Of a stretch of 64,000 bases of DNA, positions 31,399 through 42,900 are shown piece by piece; positions within the stretch are counted from its first letter, which is position 1, and the number at the start of each line of letters is the position of its first letter. Where the stretch lies: positions 2,550,053 to 2,614,052 of the forward strand of contig CAWFKI010000005.1 in assembly GCA_963816345.1 (NCBI GenBank). Direction: 5' to 3'. Position numbers and translations under genes: made by a program. Source of the DNA: an uncultured Bacteroidales bacterium. GTDB taxonomy: Bacteria > Bacteroidota > Bacteroidia > Bacteroidales > VadinHA17. The notes under the pieces are model-generated. The model did not search any database and was not told where the DNA came from. It worked only from the letters and a program-made list of their open reading frames with translations.

Positions 31399-32892
31399 AT
31401 GAATAATAAGATCATAATTTTTGATACTACCCTCAGGGACGGGGAACAGGTGCCGGGATGCCAGTTGAATACAATTGAAAAGATCGAAGTGGCCCAGGCC
31501 CTTGAAGCGCTTGGAGTGGACGTCATCGAGGCAGGTTTTCCCATTTCAAGTCCGGGAGATTTCAAATCAGTGGTTGAAATTTCCAAAGCCATTACGAATC
31601 CTGTGATCTGTGCCCTTACCCGTGCAATTAAAAAAGATATTGAAGTGGCCGCCGAGGCCCTTCAGTATGCAAAAAGGAAAAGGATACATACCGGGATCGG
31701 CACTTCTCCATTCCATATACAATATAAGATAAAAACAACTCCTGAGGAGATATTGAAAAGAGCTGCCGATGCAGTCAAATACGCCAGGAAATTTGTGGAT
31801 GATGTGGAGTTCTATGCAGAGGATGCAGGCAGAAGCGAAAACGAGTATCTCGCAAGGGTTATCGAAGCTGTTATCAAGGCAGGCGCCACTGTTGTAAATA
31901 TTCCCGATACTACCGGCTATTGCCTTCCGGAGGAGTACGGAGCAAAAATAAAGTATCTTAAGGACAATGTGCCCAATATCGACAAGGCAATAATTTCAAC
32001 CCATTGCCATAACGATCTTGGAATGGCTACCGCCAATACAATGATGGGTGTCATAAACGGCGCCAGACAGGTTGAGGTGACAATAAACGGTATAGGAGAG
32101 AGAGCAGGGAACACCTCCCTGGAAGAGATAGCGATGATCATCAAGAGCCATCACAACCTTAATTTAAAGACTGACATCAATACCAAGCTGATCTACAGCA
32201 CCAGCAGGCTTGTATCAACACTGATGAGCATGCCTGTTCAGGCCAATAAAGCCATTGTCGGAAGAAATGCATTTGCGCACTCATCCGGTATTCACCAGGA
32301 CGGCGTACTGAAAAACAGGGAGAACTATGAGATAATTGATCCTGTAGAGGTGGGCGTTAAGGAGTCATCAATCATACTTACAGCACGTAGCGGAAGAGCC
32401 GCTCTTAATCACAGGCTTGAATTGCTCGGTTTCAAATTCGGTAAAGAAGAGATAGACGATATTTATCACCGTTTCCTGCTTCTTGCCGATAAAAAGAAAG
32501 ATATCAACGATGAAGACATGCGGATCCTGGCAGGTGAGGTATTCCAGGGGGAGAACTCCCTGAAGCTCGATCTGCTTCAGGTATCCTGCGGAAAGTCACT
32601 TATCCCTGTGGCCACGGTAGGTGTGAAAATCAACGGGGAACTTCATTTTTCAACTGCTTCCGGCAACGGGCCCATCGATGCGGCATTCACTGCCGTCAGG
32701 CATCTGATAAGCAAGACCGTTCATCTTGAGGAATTCCTCATCCAGGCGATAACAAAGGGAAGCGATGACCTTGGGAAGGTTCATATCCAGGTTGAGCACG
32801 AAGGAAAGACGTACTACGGGTTCTCTGCCAATACCGATATCATTACTGCTTCTGTTGAAGCCTTTATTGATGCACTGGCGAAGATTGGCTGA
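31399..32892 (+). CDS. leuA: 2-isopropylmalate synthase
   Basis: 497 aa. Motifs: [24 protein letters not shown], and a C-terminal LeuA dimerisation/regulatory domain (GNGPIDA). Confidence 0.92.
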   Translation: MNNKIIIFDTTLRDGEQVPGCQLNTIEKIEVAQALEALGVDVIEAGFPISSPGDFKSVVEISKAITNPVICALTRAIKKDIEVAAEALQYAKRKRIHTGIGTSPFHIQYKIKTTPEEILKRAADAVKYARKFVDDVEFYAEDAGRSENEYLARVIEAVIKAGATVVNIPDTTGYCLPEEYGAKIKYLKDNVPNIDKAIISTHCHNDLGMATANTMMGVINGARQVEVTINGIGERAGNTSLEEIAMIIKSHHNLNLKTDINTKLIYSTSRLVSTLMSMPVQANKAIVGRNAFAHSSGIHQDGVLKNRENYEIIDPVEVGVKESSIILTARSGRAALNHRLELLGFKFGKEEIDDIYHRFLLLADKKKDINDEDMRILAGEVFQGENSLKLDLLQVSCGKSLIPVATVGVKINGELHFSTASGNGPIDAAFTAVRHLISKTVHLEEFLIQAITKGSDDLGKVHIQVEHEGKTYYGFSANTDIITASVEAFIDALAKIG

Positions 32893-33020
32893 CCTCAGGA
32901 CATTACGTCATGAGGGCAAAGGAGGCGGGTTTTACCCCCGGGTAAAGAATAATTGGGGGTTGCGCCGGAAGGGGCGATAAGATCAAAGTAATAGAAGAAT
33001 ATGTATTTAAGAAATAATAA

Positions 33021-34436
33021 ATGAAGCCAAAAACACTTTTTGACAAGATCTGGGACGGACATGTGGTACGATCCATAGAAGAGGGTCCGGATGTTCTGTA
33101 TATCGACAGGCATTATATCCATGAGGTAACCAGCCCTCAGGCATTTAATGGATTGAAGGAGAGAGGAGTATCTGTTTTTCGTCCTGAAAAGACACTGGCA
33201 ACGGCAGACCATAACATACCTACAAAAGACCAGCATCTTCAGATCAGGGATGAGTTATCCAGGAACCAGGTTGAAAGGCTGACTGAAAATTGCAGTAAAT
33301 ACGGGATTCAACTCTTCGGACTGAATCATTCCAAAAACGGGATTGTTCATGTCATAGGCCCTGAACTGGGCTATACCCTTCCCGGAATGACAATAGTCTG
33401 CGGGGACAGTCATACCTCAACGCATGGGGCATTCGGAACAATTGCGTTCGGAATAGGAACCAGTGAGGTCGAGATGGTTCTTGCAACCCAGTGCATCCTT
33501 CAGCCGAAACCGAAGAAGATGCGCATCACAATAAACGGAAAACTGAATAAAGGAGTAACATCGAAGGATATAATAATGTATATCATCTCCGAACTATCCA
33601 CCGGAGGCGCTACCGGTTATTTTGTTGAATATGCCGGTTCAGCCATCACGGGACTCTCTATGGAAGCAAGAATGACTGTGTGCAATATGAGTATAGAGAT
33701 GGGAGCCCGGGGAGGATTGATAGCGCCGGATGAGACCACATTCAGCTACATCAGGAAAATTCCTTCAATACCCGGAATTGAAAATATTGAAGCAGCAATA
33801 AAAAACTGGAAGAATCTTAAGAGCGACCCTGATGCCCTCTTCGACAGGGAACTGACATTTGAAGCAGGTGATATAAAGCCCATGATAACATACGGAACAA
33901 ATCCGGGAATGGGAATGGCAATTGACGCCTCAATACCCTCTGCTCCTGAAAATGGCGGAGCTTCTTACCTGAAATCGCTTGATTATATGGGCCTTAAGCC
34001 CGGGATGAAACTCCTTGGACACCCTGTCAACTATGTATTTATCGGGAGCTGTACAAACGGAAGGATTGAAGACTTCAGGGCATTTGCCCGGGTAATAAAG
34101 GGAAGGAAAAAAGCGCCCGGGATTGAAGCCCTTATAGTTCCAGGATCTAAAAGGGTTGAAGCACAGATGATTGAGGAAGGACTTATCGAAATATATAAAA
34201 ATGCCGGCTTCGAGGTGAGACAACCTGGTTGCTCCTCCTGCCTGGCTATGAATGAGGATAAGATCCCTGCAGGGAAATATGCGGTTTCTACATCAAACAG
34301 GAACTTTGAAGGCAGACAGGGCCCCGGAGCCAGGACTCTTCTTGCGAGCCCGTTCACTGCTGCTGCTGCTGCCATAACCGGAGTGATATCCGATCCCCGC
34401 GAATTTATTTCTGAAGAAACCAACGTCAAAATATAA
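33021..34436 (+). CDS. leuC: 3-isopropylmalate dehydratase large subunit
   Basis: 471 aa aconitase-family protein. Motifs: [39 protein letters not shown]. Confidence 0.95.
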   Translation: MKPKTLFDKIWDGHVVRSIEEGPDVLYIDRHYIHEVTSPQAFNGLKERGVSVFRPEKTLATADHNIPTKDQHLQIRDELSRNQVERLTENCSKYGIQLFGLNHSKNGIVHVIGPELGYTLPGMTIVCGDSHTSTHGAFGTIAFGIGTSEVEMVLATQCILQPKPKKMRITINGKLNKGVTSKDIIMYIISELSTGGATGYFVEYAGSAITGLSMEARMTVCNMSIEMGARGGLIAPDETTFSYIRKIPSIPGIENIEAAIKNWKNLKSDPDALFDRELTFEAGDIKPMITYGTNPGMGMAIDASIPSAPENGGASYLKSLDYMGLKPGMKLLGHPVNYVFIGSCTNGRIEDFRAFARVIKGRKKAPGIEALIVPGSKRVEAQMIEEGLIEIYKNAGFEVRQPGCSSCLAMNEDKIPAGKYAVSTSNRNFEGRQGPGARTLLASPFTAAAAAITGVISDPREFISEETNVKI

Positions 34437-34440
34437 ACTC

Positions 34441-35043
34441 ATGGCAAAAGTAAAATTTGATATTCTTGAGTCAACCTGTGTACCATTACCATTGGAAAAT
34501 GTTGATACCGATCAGATTATCCCTGCAAGGTTTCTGAGTGCCACATCCAGGGAGGGGTTTGGGAACAATCTGTTCCGCGACTGGCGATATAAGAAGTCAG
34601 GCGAGCCTGAAACGGACTTCGTTCTCAATAACCCGGTTTTCAGCGGAAAGATTCTTGTTACAGGCAAGAATTTCGGAAGCGGTTCGAGTCGTGAGCATGC
34701 CGTATGGGCAATATTTGATTATGGCTTCAGGGCCGTGGTATCGAGCTTTTTCGCTGATATCTTCACAAATAATTCCCTGAATAACGGACTTCTGCCGATA
34801 GTGATACCGGAAGAACTCCTGAAAAAGCTCCATGCACTGATTCAGAAGGAACCAGCAACAAAAGTTAAAATAGATCTTGAAAACCAGACATTTACAATAG
34901 TCTCAACAGGAGATTCCGTCAGGTTCGCTATAAACCCCTATAAGAAAGAATGCCTCCTGAAGGGACTCGATGATATCGACTTCCTGCTTGGAATGAAAGA
35001 GATGATAACCGGTTTTGAAACAAATAAAAGTGTGATGAGATGA
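34441..35043 (+). CDS. leuD: 3-isopropylmalate dehydratase small subunit
   Basis: 200 aa with the aconitase swivel-domain motif GKNFGSGSSREHA. Starts 5 nt after leuC. Confidence 0.93.
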   Translation: MAKVKFDILESTCVPLPLENVDTDQIIPARFLSATSREGFGNNLFRDWRYKKSGEPETDFVLNNPVFSGKILVTGKNFGSGSSREHAVWAIFDYGFRAVVSSFFADIFTNNSLNNGLLPIVIPEELLKKLHALIQKEPATKVKIDLENQTFTIVSTGDSVRFAINPYKKECLLKGLDDIDFLLGMKEMITGFETNKSVMR

Positions 35044-36584
35044 GAGTTGAAATTATGGATACTACCCTAAGGGATGGTGAACAGACTCAGGGTGTGTCAT
35101 ATTCACCGCTCGAAAAACTGCATATAGCCAAGCTTCTTCTCAAGGATCTGAAGGTAGACAGGATTGAAGTAGCTTCGGCCCGAGTATCTACCGGAGAATT
35201 CGAAGCACTCACTAAAATTACCGAATGGGCCCGCCATAATAACCTTCACAGGAATATTGAGGTACTTGGTTTTGTGGACGGCGATATTTCCCTTAACTGG
35301 ATAAATGATGCAGGAGGCAAAGTTGTGAACCTCCTTTGCAAAGGCTCTCTCAGACATCTTGAAAAGCAGCTTAGAAAAACACCTGAACAGCATGTTAACA
35401 ATATCAGGGAAATCATCCGAAGGGCTGAGACTCTTGATATGGAGGTAAATATCTATCTGGAGGACTGGTCGAACGGAATGATCCACTCCGAAGAGTATGT
35501 GTTTTATATGCTTGATTCATTGAAGGATGATAACATTCAAAGATTCATGCTCCCGGATACCCTTGGAATTCTTAACCAGGAACAGACATATGCCTTCTGC
35601 AAAAAGGTAATCGATAAGTATCCTGACCTGCACTTTGATTTTCATGCACATAATGATTATGATCTTGCTGTTGCCAACGTCTTCTCTGCTGTCAGGGCAG
35701 GGATTAAAGGCATTCATACTACAGTTAACGGGCTTGGCGAGAGAGCCGGTAATGCACCGCTCTCAAGCGTAATAGGCATACTCCGCGACCAGCTTTCTGC
35801 TGAGACAGGCATCAACGAATATGAGATAACAAAAGTCAGCAAAATTGTAGAGACATTCAGCGGTATCCGCATCCCGGTCAATAAGCCGGTGATAGGTGAG
35901 AACGTATTCACCCAGACATCGGGCGTACACGCAGACGGTGACAGTAAGGATAATCTTTATTACAATAATCTGATGCCGGAACGTTTCGGCAGGAAAAGAA
36001 AATATGCCCTGGGAAAACAATCAGGCAAAGCCACAGTAAGAAAAAACCTCGAGGAATTCGGACTCTTTCTTAATCAGGAATCGCTTGCCAGGGTAACCCA
36101 GAGAGTTATTGAACTGGGCGATAAAAAGGAAAATGTGACAACCGAGGATCTGCCATTCATAATTGCTGATGTTCTCGGCAGTGAACAGATAAACTATAAA
36201 ATCTTAATTAAAAATTATTCCCTCTCCCTCTCATACGGTCTTAAACCTTCGGCAAATGTCCAGGTGGAGATTGACGGTAACCTTTACCAGGAGGCATCCT
36301 CGGGCGACGGTCAGTATGATGCGTTTATGAAAGCATTGAGGATTATCTATGACAAGCTGGGAAAGAAATACCCGGCGCTGACAGATTACCAGGTATCGAT
36401 ACCTCCGGGCGGAGCCACCGATGCACTGGTGGAAACAGTGATTACCTGGGATTATAATGGAAAGGAATTCAAAACCAAGGGACTGGATGCCGACCAGACT
36501 GAATCGGCAATAAAGGCAACAGAAAGAATGCTCAATATTGTTGAAGGACTGGTTGAGAAAGAGCTGAGATCACCGGGCCTGTAG
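35040..36584 (+). CDS. cimA: Second IPMS-family enzyme, citramalate-synthase-like
   Basis: 514 aa. Motifs: [24 protein letters not shown]-terminal LeuA_dimer-type domain (SGDGQYDAF). ATGA overlap with the leuD stop. Assignment as citramalate synthase rather than IPMS is inferred from paralogy and length. Confidence 0.6.
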   Translation: MRVEIMDTTLRDGEQTQGVSYSPLEKLHIAKLLLKDLKVDRIEVASARVSTGEFEALTKITEWARHNNLHRNIEVLGFVDGDISLNWINDAGGKVVNLLCKGSLRHLEKQLRKTPEQHVNNIREIIRRAETLDMEVNIYLEDWSNGMIHSEEYVFYMLDSLKDDNIQRFMLPDTLGILNQEQTYAFCKKVIDKYPDLHFDFHAHNDYDLAVANVFSAVRAGIKGIHTTVNGLGERAGNAPLSSVIGILRDQLSAETGINEYEITKVSKIVETFSGIRIPVNKPVIGENVFTQTSGVHADGDSKDNLYYNNLMPERFGRKRKYALGKQSGKATVRKNLEEFGLFLNQESLARVTQRVIELGDKKENVTTEDLPFIIADVLGSEQINYKILIKNYSLSLSYGLKPSANVQVEIDGNLYQEASSGDGQYDAFMKALRIIYDKLGKKYPALTDYQVSIPPGGATDALVETVITWDYNGKEFKTKGLDADQTESAIKATERMLNIVEGLVEKELRSPGL

Positions 36585-36643
36585 ATTTAAAATTACGACA
36601 ATCATTATTAATCAAATAACTAAATATAAAACGTTTAAAACTT

Positions 36644-37705
36644 ATGGGGAAATCATACAATATCGCAGTTATTCCCGGTGATGGCACCGGTCCGGAGGTT
36701 GTAAGGGAAGGTAAAAAAGTGCTTAGCGCCGTTGCCTCAAAATTCGGATTTAAACTGAATTATGAAGAGTTCGATTTCGGAGGAAACAGGTACCTCAAGA
36801 CCGGCGAAGTACTTCCTGATTCTGCATCGGAAGAGCTAAAGAAGTTCGATTCAATATTTCTCGGGGCTATCGGACATCCCGATGTCAAGCCAGGCATCCT
36901 CGAAAAGGGGATCCTTCTGAAGCTTCGGTTTGATCTTGACCAGTATATCAACCTGCGCCCTATCAAACTTTACCCGGGGGTGGCAACACCACTCAAGGAT
37001 AAAGGACCCGAGGATATCGACTATGTTGTTGTCAGGGAAAATTCAGGCGATGTCTATACAGGCAGCGGTGGCACCACTATGAAAGGTACTCCCCATGAGG
37101 TTGCAATACAGAATATGATCTATTCCCGCATGCAGGTGGACCGGTGTCTGCGCTATGCATTTGAATATACCAGGAAGAGAAATAAGAGAAAAACCCTGGC
37201 TCTCTGCGGAAAAACAAATGTGCTTACATATGTTTTTGACCTTTGGGAGAGAGCATTCCATGAGATCGGCAAGGCTGAATATCCTGATATTAAGCGGGAA
37301 TACTACCATGTCGATGCAACATGCATGTGGATGGTTAAAAATCCCGAATGGTTCGATGTTATCGTTACAACAAACATGTTCGGGGATATTATAACGGACC
37401 TCGGGGCTATAACGCAGGGAGGCATGGGAATAGCAGCAGGTGGAAATATAAATCCCCAGGGTGTCTCAATGTTTGAGCCTATCGGCGGATCCGCTCCGAA
37501 ATATACCGGCAAAAATGTAATCAATCCTCTGGCTGCAATAGCCTGCGGCGGAATGATGCTTGAACATCTTGGTGAAGAAAAAGCTGCACACGCACTCGAA
37601 GAGGCAATAATGTTTGTCACTGCCAACAAGCTGAAGGATATGGGCGCCGGGAAAATGGGTTACTCAACAACTGAGGTCGGGGATCTTGTAGCAGAACGGG
37701 TATAA
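36644..37705 (+). CDS. leuB: 3-isopropylmalate dehydrogenase
   Basis: 353 aa. Motifs: [31 protein letters not shown]. Confidence 0.92.
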   Translation: MGKSYNIAVIPGDGTGPEVVREGKKVLSAVASKFGFKLNYEEFDFGGNRYLKTGEVLPDSASEELKKFDSIFLGAIGHPDVKPGILEKGILLKLRFDLDQYINLRPIKLYPGVATPLKDKGPEDIDYVVVRENSGDVYTGSGGTTMKGTPHEVAIQNMIYSRMQVDRCLRYAFEYTRKRNKRKTLALCGKTNVLTYVFDLWERAFHEIGKAEYPDIKREYYHVDATCMWMVKNPEWFDVIVTTNMFGDIITDLGAITQGGMGIAAGGNINPQGVSMFEPIGGSAPKYTGKNVINPLAAIACGGMMLEHLGEEKAAHALEEAIMFVTANKLKDMGAGKMGYSTTEVGDLVAERV

Positions 37706-37757
37706 CATGCTGATTTGCCAACCGCCTCCGGGGGTGTGGAAAATGATACTTTCTTCA

Positions 37758-37812
37758 CCTTTGTGTTGTCCTTTGTGATCCTTTGTGTTTAACCTTTGTG
37801 TTTAACCTTTGT
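37758..37812. repeat. Tandem CCTTTGTG-core repeats (periods 10-13 nt)
   Basis: CCTTTGTGTTGT CCTTTGTGAT CCTTTGTGTTTAA CCTTTGTGTTTAA CCTTTGTA. A related block occurs at 44394-44440. Confidence 0.85.
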
Positions 37813-37885
37813 AAATACATTTAGCAGGCAGACAGGTTAATTATCAATTTTATAGCTGAAATTGTATTATTTATTAATTTTCTTC

Positions 37886-37893
37886 TATCTTTG
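37886..37893 (+). promoter_or_regulatory. Bacteroidetes-type -7 box (TAtcTTTG) for the his operon leader
   Basis: TAnnTTTG match ending 19 nt upstream of the leader ATG at 37912. Confidence 0.55.
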
Positions 37894-37911
37894 CATTTAC
37901 AAATTAAAGAA

Positions 37912-37971
37912 ATGAACCACATTACATCACATCATCATTTTTCAGATGCTTGCCTTCAGGCGAGGAGATAA
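37912..37971 (+). CDS. his operon leader peptide MNHITSHHHFSDACLQARR
   Basis: 19-codon ORF with 4 His codons, three of them consecutive (37930-37938). It is followed by an intrinsic terminator and then hisG. Confidence 0.6.
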   Translation: MNHITSHHHFSDACLQARR

Positions 37972-37998
37972 TGATATGTGAATATATTAAGATATCAT

Positions 37999-38030
37999 AA
38001 ACCCGTCTGAACAGATCAGGCGGGTTTTTT
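37999..38030 (+). terminator. Intrinsic terminator of the his attenuator
   Basis: 12-bp stem AAACCCGTCTGA/TCAGGCGGGTTT (one G-U), loop ACAGA, T6 run. TCAGGCG at 37955-37961, inside the leader ORF 3' end, duplicates part of the 3' arm and can pair with CGTCTGA at 38004-38010. Confidence 0.75.
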
Positions 38031-38072
38031 AATTTCCTGCCGGGCCTGTTCAGACACAAAAGCTGATGAAAA

Positions 38073-38930
38073 ATGAGTGTACTGAAAATAGCAATCCAGA
38101 AAAAGGGCCGGCTGAGTGAAAACTCAGAGAAACTTCTTGAAGAATGCGGCATAAAATTCTCTAACGGGCTCTCTGTTCTTAAAACAACCGCCCAAAATTT
38201 CCCTGTTGAATTGCTGTTCCTCCGCGATGATGATATTCCGCAGTATGTTGAACAACAGGTAGCCGACATAGGAATTATCGGTGAAAATATGGTCTATGAA
38301 AAAAACAAGGATGTTGAAATAATTGAAAGCCTCGGCTTCGCAAGCTGCCGGCTCAGCCTGGCAATACCAAAGGAGGAGAGCTATACCGGACCAGAATATT
38401 TTATGAATAAGAAGGTAGCTACAAGCTACCCGAAAATACTAACAGACTTCTTCCGGAAACACAATATAAAAGCAGAGATCGAAGAGATCAGCGGCAGCGT
38501 GGAAATAGCACCGGGTATCGGTCTTGCGGATGCCATTTGCGATCTTGTGAGTTCAGGAAGCACCCTGCTTACCAACGGACTGCATGAAGTTGAGACTATC
38601 CTTAAAAGCCAGGCAGTTATAATAGCCAGCAAGGATCTCAGCAAAGCTAAAAAGGAGATCCTGAAAAGGCTGCTGTTCAGGATCCGGTCAGTGATAAATG
38701 CAAAGGAAAATAAATATATCCTGCTGAATGCACCGCTCTCGGCAGTACAGAAGATATGCTCTATCCTGCCCGGAATGAAAAGTCCCTCTATCATTCCTCT
38801 TGTAAATGAAGGCTGGTGCAGCATGCACTCTGTTGTAAAGGAAGATCAGTTCTGGGAAAGAATTGATCAGCTTAAAGAAGCAGGTGCCGAAGGTATACTG
38901 GTAGTTCCAATTGAAAAAATGATCCTGTGA
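38073..38930 (+). CDS. hisG: ATP phosphoribosyltransferase (long form)
   Basis: 285 aa. Motifs: LKIAIQKKGRL, DIGI.GEN, and a C-terminal regulatory domain. Confidence 0.93.
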   Translation: MSVLKIAIQKKGRLSENSEKLLEECGIKFSNGLSVLKTTAQNFPVELLFLRDDDIPQYVEQQVADIGIIGENMVYEKNKDVEIIESLGFASCRLSLAIPKEESYTGPEYFMNKKVATSYPKILTDFFRKHNIKAEIEEISGSVEIAPGIGLADAICDLVSSGSTLLTNGLHEVETILKSQAVIIASKDLSKAKKEILKRLLFRIRSVINAKENKYILLNAPLSAVQKICSILPGMKSPSIIPLVNEGWCSMHSVVKEDQFWERIDQLKEAGAEGILVVPIEKMIL

Positions 38931-40225
38931 TGAACACAATAATCCTTCCCGGTAAAGAGAGCTGGGACTCGCTATGCAGGCGACCTGCTGTCAAAGACGA
39001 TCTTAAAAATATTGTCAGGGAAATAATCAATGCTGTCAGATCAGAAAAAGACAAAGCCCTTTTCAGGTACTCCGAAAAATTTGACGGGGTGCTTCCCCGC
39101 AATTTAAAAGTCACTCCGGAGGAGATTACGGAGGCAGCAGAACTTATCGGAAGTGATCTTAAGAGGGCAATCATCACCGCAAAAAACAACATTGAGAAGT
39201 TCCACCTGGCACAGCTGAAACCAGAGCCTGCCGTTGAGACCTCTCCCGGTATCAGATGCTGGAGAAAGAGCGTGGCAATAGAAAGAGCAGGGCTGTATAT
39301 ACCAGGCGGAAGCGCTCCCCTCTTCTCCACCGTTCTCATGCTCGGGATCCCGGCAAAGCTTGCAGGATGCAGGGAGATTGCAATTTGTACTCCGCCCGGA
39401 AAGGACGGAAAAATACACCCCCTGATACTTTATACCGCCAGCCTCATCGGAATAACCGAGATTTATAAAACCGGAGGTGCCCAGGCTATTGCTGCGATGG
39501 CCTTTGGCACCGAAACTATTCCCGGAGTCTATAAAATCTTCGGTCCGGGGAATCAGTATGTTACAAAAGCCAAGGAGCTGGTGCAGGAAGAAGGTATAGC
39601 AATAGACCTGCCTGCCGGTCCAAGCGAGGTTCTTGTAATTTCAGATGACGGCGCCGATCCAGAATTCATTGCTTCTGACCTGCTTTCCCAGGCGGAACAC
39701 GGCCCTGACAGCCAGGTTGTCTATCTGACCGACAGCCCCGGTATGATAGAAAAGGTGAAGAGCCGGATTGAGGAGCAACTAAAAATCCTGCCAAGGGAAG
39801 AGATTGCCGGACGGGCTCTTGAGCACAGCAAACTTATCCTTCTGCCCTCACTGGATGATTGTATAGATTTCAGCAACAGATATGCACCTGAACATCTTAT
39901 TATAAATACTGCTGAACCGGCAGAGCTCTCGGAAAAAGTAATAAACGCAGGCTCAGTCTTCCTGGGCCCCTACAGCTGTGAAAGCGCCGGTGACTATGCC
40001 TCCGGAACCAACCATACTCTGCCTACAAACGGATTCGCAAGGAATTACAGCGGAGTCTCTACTGAAAGCTTCATGAAAAAAATAACTTTCCAGGAAATAA
40101 ATGAAGAGGGTATCAGAATTCTTGGACCTGTGATTGAGCTTATGGCCGGAGCAGAGTCCCTGAACGGACATAAAAATGCAGTAAGTATCAGATTAAAAAG
40201 TATTCGAAATGGCAGAAGTAAATAA
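38930..40225 (+). CDS. hisD: Histidinol dehydrogenase
   Basis: About 431 aa. Motifs: QAEHGPDSQ, YAPEHL, GDYASGTNHTLPT. ATG at 38930 overlaps the hisG TGA by one nt; a GTG at 38927 is also in frame. Confidence 0.93.
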   Translation: MNTIILPGKESWDSLCRRPAVKDDLKNIVREIINAVRSEKDKALFRYSEKFDGVLPRNLKVTPEEITEAAELIGSDLKRAIITAKNNIEKFHLAQLKPEPAVETSPGIRCWRKSVAIERAGLYIPGGSAPLFSTVLMLGIPAKLAGCREIAICTPPGKDGKIHPLILYTASLIGITEIYKTGGAQAIAAMAFGTETIPGVYKIFGPGNQYVTKAKELVQEEGIAIDLPAGPSEVLVISDDGADPEFIASDLLSQAEHGPDSQVVYLTDSPGMIEKVKSRIEEQLKILPREEIAGRALEHSKLILLPSLDDCIDFSNRYAPEHLIINTAEPAELSEKVINAGSVFLGPYSCESAGDYASGTNHTLPTNGFARNYSGVSTESFMKKITFQEINEEGIRILGPVIELMAGAESLNGHKNAVSIRLKSIRNGRSK

Positions 40226-41240
40226 ACTGGTGAGGGAAAATGTGATGAAGCTTACCCCCTATTCGTGTGCCAGGGATGATTATCAGGGAAGCACAGGCAT
40301 ATTTATGGATGCAAACGAAAATCCGTTCGGCACACTAAACCGCTACCCCGATCCCTATCAGAGGGAACTGAAAAGCCTGATTTCAGCCTTCAGAGGCACG
40401 GCGGAAGAGAAAATATTTCTTGGCAACGGAAGTGACGAGATAATCGACCTTTGCTTCAGGATATTCTGCAACCCGGGTATTGACAAGGCTATGATATTCA
40501 CTCCTACTTACGGGATGTACGAAGTGTCTGCATCAGTAAATGACATTGAGGTGATTAAAGTGCCGCTGAATGAGAATTTTCAGATCGATATCAAAAAAGC
40601 CGAACCATTCTTCGCTGACAAGAGACTGAAGCTGATATTTATCTGCTCTCCGAATAATCCTACAGGCAACGCCATGAATTTCAAGGATGTGGAACATATA
40701 ATCTCTCACTTCAACGGGATAGTTGTAATTGATGAAGCCTATATTGACTTCAGCGATAAGCCCTCCTTTATGAAACTGACTGACAGGTATAATAACCTTA
40801 TCCTTATGCAGACATTCAGCAAGGCACTGGGACTCGCAGCAGCAAGGATCGGAATGGCTTTCTGCAGCCCGGAGATCGTTCACTATTTTAATAAGTTAAA
40901 GCCTCCCTACAATATAAGTACTATAAATCAGAAGGCCGCCCTCAGCAAACTGAGGAGGTCGGGAGATTATCTGAGCCAGGTCAGGAAAATCAGGGAAGAA
41001 AAAGTAAAGCTTGCAGCAGTTCTTGAAAAAATGAAGATAACTGAAAAGATCTATCCTTCAGACGCCAATTTCCTTCTGGTAAAAGTCACCGATGCCGATT
41101 TCATATATAATTACCTGGTGAACAGGAACATAATTGTAAGGAACCGCAGCAGTGTTGTAAATAACTGCCTCAGGATCACAGTCGGCAAACAGTCAGAAAA
41201 CAGGAAGCTTATAAATGCATTAAATTCTATGTCGATATGA
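40209..41240 (+). CDS. hisC: Histidinol-phosphate aminotransferase
   Basis: 343 aa. Motifs: [25 protein letters not shown]-type motif (SPNNPTGN), [14 protein letters not shown] (PLP lysine). Confidence 0.92.
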   Translation: MAEVNKLVRENVMKLTPYSCARDDYQGSTGIFMDANENPFGTLNRYPDPYQRELKSLISAFRGTAEEKIFLGNGSDEIIDLCFRIFCNPGIDKAMIFTPTYGMYEVSASVNDIEVIKVPLNENFQIDIKKAEPFFADKRLKLIFICSPNNPTGNAMNFKDVEHIISHFNGIVVIDEAYIDFSDKPSFMKLTDRYNNLILMQTFSKALGLAAARIGMAFCSPEIVHYFNKLKPPYNISTINQKAALSKLRRSGDYLSQVRKIREEKVKLAAVLEKMKITEKIYPSDANFLLVKVTDADFIYNYLVNRNIIVRNRSSVVNNCLRITVGKQSENRKLINALNSMSI

Positions 41241-42325
41241 AGAAAGTTCTCTTTATTGACCGGGACGGAACAATTATTAAAGAACCTGAAGATGAACAGG
41301 TGGACAGTTTTGAAAAGCTGGTCTTTCTGCCTTCGGCCATATCATGCCTGTCACGCATTTCAAGGGAGACCGACTACGAACTGGTGATGGTCACTAACCA
41401 GGATGGAATGGGTACGGAATTATTTCCTGAAGAGACCTTCTGGCCTGTACAAAATAAGATGCTGGAGATACTGAAGGGTGAAGGAGTCGTATTCAGGGAG
41501 ATCTTCATTGACAGGTCGATGCCATCGGAAAATGCTCCCACACGTAAACCCGGTACGGCAATGCTTGTAAAATATCTTTCGCAGGGAATTGACCTGGAAT
41601 CCTCCTATGTCATCGGCGACAGGGTCACTGATTTTGAGCTCGCAAAAAATCTCGGATGTAAATCGATCCTTCTGAGAGACGGGAGTTTCCCTGATGCAGA
41701 CCTTTGTACCTCCGACTGGAACGAGATCTGCAGATACCTTAAACAGGCGCCCCGCCGGGCAGTAACGGAAAGGAATACATCCGAGACAAGGATACGGGTC
41801 GAACTAAACCTCGACGGAACAGGTAAGAGCACAATAAGCACAGGGCTGGGCTTTTTCGATCACATGCTTGAACAGATCGCAAAGCACGGAAACATTGATC
41901 TTCTTATAAAAGTTGACGGGGATCTTCATATTGACGAACACCATACCATTGAAGATGTGGCTATTACGTTGGGAGAAGCAATACTCAGGGCATTGGGAGG
42001 CAAAAAAGGCATTGAGAGATACGGATTCCTCCTTCCTATGGATGACTGCCTTGCACAGGTAGCTCTGGATTTCAGCGGCAGGCCCTGGATTGTGTGGGAT
42101 GCTGAATTCCACAGGGAAAAGATCGGGGAAATGCCTTCCGAACTGTTCTTTCACTTTTTTAAATCATTCAGTGACAGCGCCAGATGCAATCTGAATATTA
42201 AAGCTGAAGGTCAGAACGAACATCACAAGATAGAGGCAATCTTCAAGGCTTTTGCGAAAGCTTTAAAAATGGCTGTCAGACAGACAGATAACTTTAATCT
42301 TCCAAGTACAAAAGGCAAATTATGA
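41237..42325 (+). CDS. hisB: Bifunctional histidinol-phosphatase / imidazoleglycerol-phosphate dehydratase
   Basis: 362 aa with an N-terminal HAD motif (FIDRDGT) and C-terminal IGPD motifs (GFFDHML, DEHHT.ED, NEHH..EA.FKA). Confidence 0.93.
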   Translation: MKKVLFIDRDGTIIKEPEDEQVDSFEKLVFLPSAISCLSRISRETDYELVMVTNQDGMGTELFPEETFWPVQNKMLEILKGEGVVFREIFIDRSMPSENAPTRKPGTAMLVKYLSQGIDLESSYVIGDRVTDFELAKNLGCKSILLRDGSFPDADLCTSDWNEICRYLKQAPRRAVTERNTSETRIRVELNLDGTGKSTISTGLGFFDHMLEQIAKHGNIDLLIKVDGDLHIDEHHTIEDVAITLGEAILRALGGKKGIERYGFLLPMDDCLAQVALDFSGRPWIVWDAEFHREKIGEMPSELFFHFFKSFSDSARCNLNIKAEGQNEHHKIEAIFKAFAKALKMAVRQTDNFNLPSTKGKL

Positions 42326-42900
42326 TAGCAATTATCAAATACAATGCAGGTAATATCGGGTCGGTTCAGAATGCCCTCACCCGGCTTGGCTGCGAGAGTA
42401 TTATAACAGACGATCCGGAGGAGCTGGCAAAGGCCTCCAGGGTTATTTTTCCCGGAGTGGGAGAAGCAGGCTCGGCAATGAGTTACCTGAAAGAGAAAGG
42501 ACTGGATAAAACAATAATATCCCTTAAGCAGCCGGTTCTGGGGATCTGCCTTGGATTACAGCTTATGTGCCGGTACTCTGAGGAATCAGATACCGGATGC
42601 CTTGGAATTTTCGATTCTGATGTAAGACGGTTCCCTGAGTCTGATAAGGTTCCGCATATGGGCTGGAACAATTTCCTGAGCCTGGCAGGTGATCTCTTCA
42701 AAGGTGTGGCTCAAAGTGACGATGTCTATTATGTGCACAGCTATTACGCTGAGATCTCGGGCTGTACAACAGCAACCTGTGATTATATCATCCCTTTCAG
42801 CGCAGCGATGAACCGGGGTAATTTTTATGCAACGCAGTTTCATCCTGAAAAGTCGGCAGCTGTCGGCGAAAAGATCCTGCGAAATTTTCTGGAACTATGA
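42322..42900 (+). CDS. hisH: Imidazole glycerol phosphate synthase, glutamine amidotransferase subunit
   Basis: 192 aa. Motifs: GICLGLQL (catalytic Cys), FHPEKS. Confidence 0.93.
   Translation: MIAIIKYNAGNIGSVQNALTRLGCESIITDDPEELAKASRVIFPGVGEAGSAMSYLKEKGLDKTIISLKQPVLGICLGLQLMCRYSEESDTGCLGIFDSDVRRFPESDKVPHMGWNNFLSLAGDLFKGVAQSDDVYYVHSYYAEISGCTTATCDYIIPFSAAMNRGNFYATQFHPEKSAAVGEKILRNFLEL

Noticed and set aside
30906-31592. 228-aa minus-strand ORF spanning the ilvC-leuA junction
   Set aside because: It lies entirely antisense to two strongly supported genes. It has low-complexity composition and no recognisable motifs, which is typical of a shadow ORF.
32893-33020. Internal attenuator or riboswitch in the 128-nt leuA-leuC gap (hairpins CCTCAGGAC-ATTAC-GTCATGAGG and TTTACCC-CC-GGGTAAA)
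   Set aside because: There is no T tract after either hairpin, no mini-ORF and no recognisable riboswitch core. It is more likely another small member of the intergenic hairpin population.
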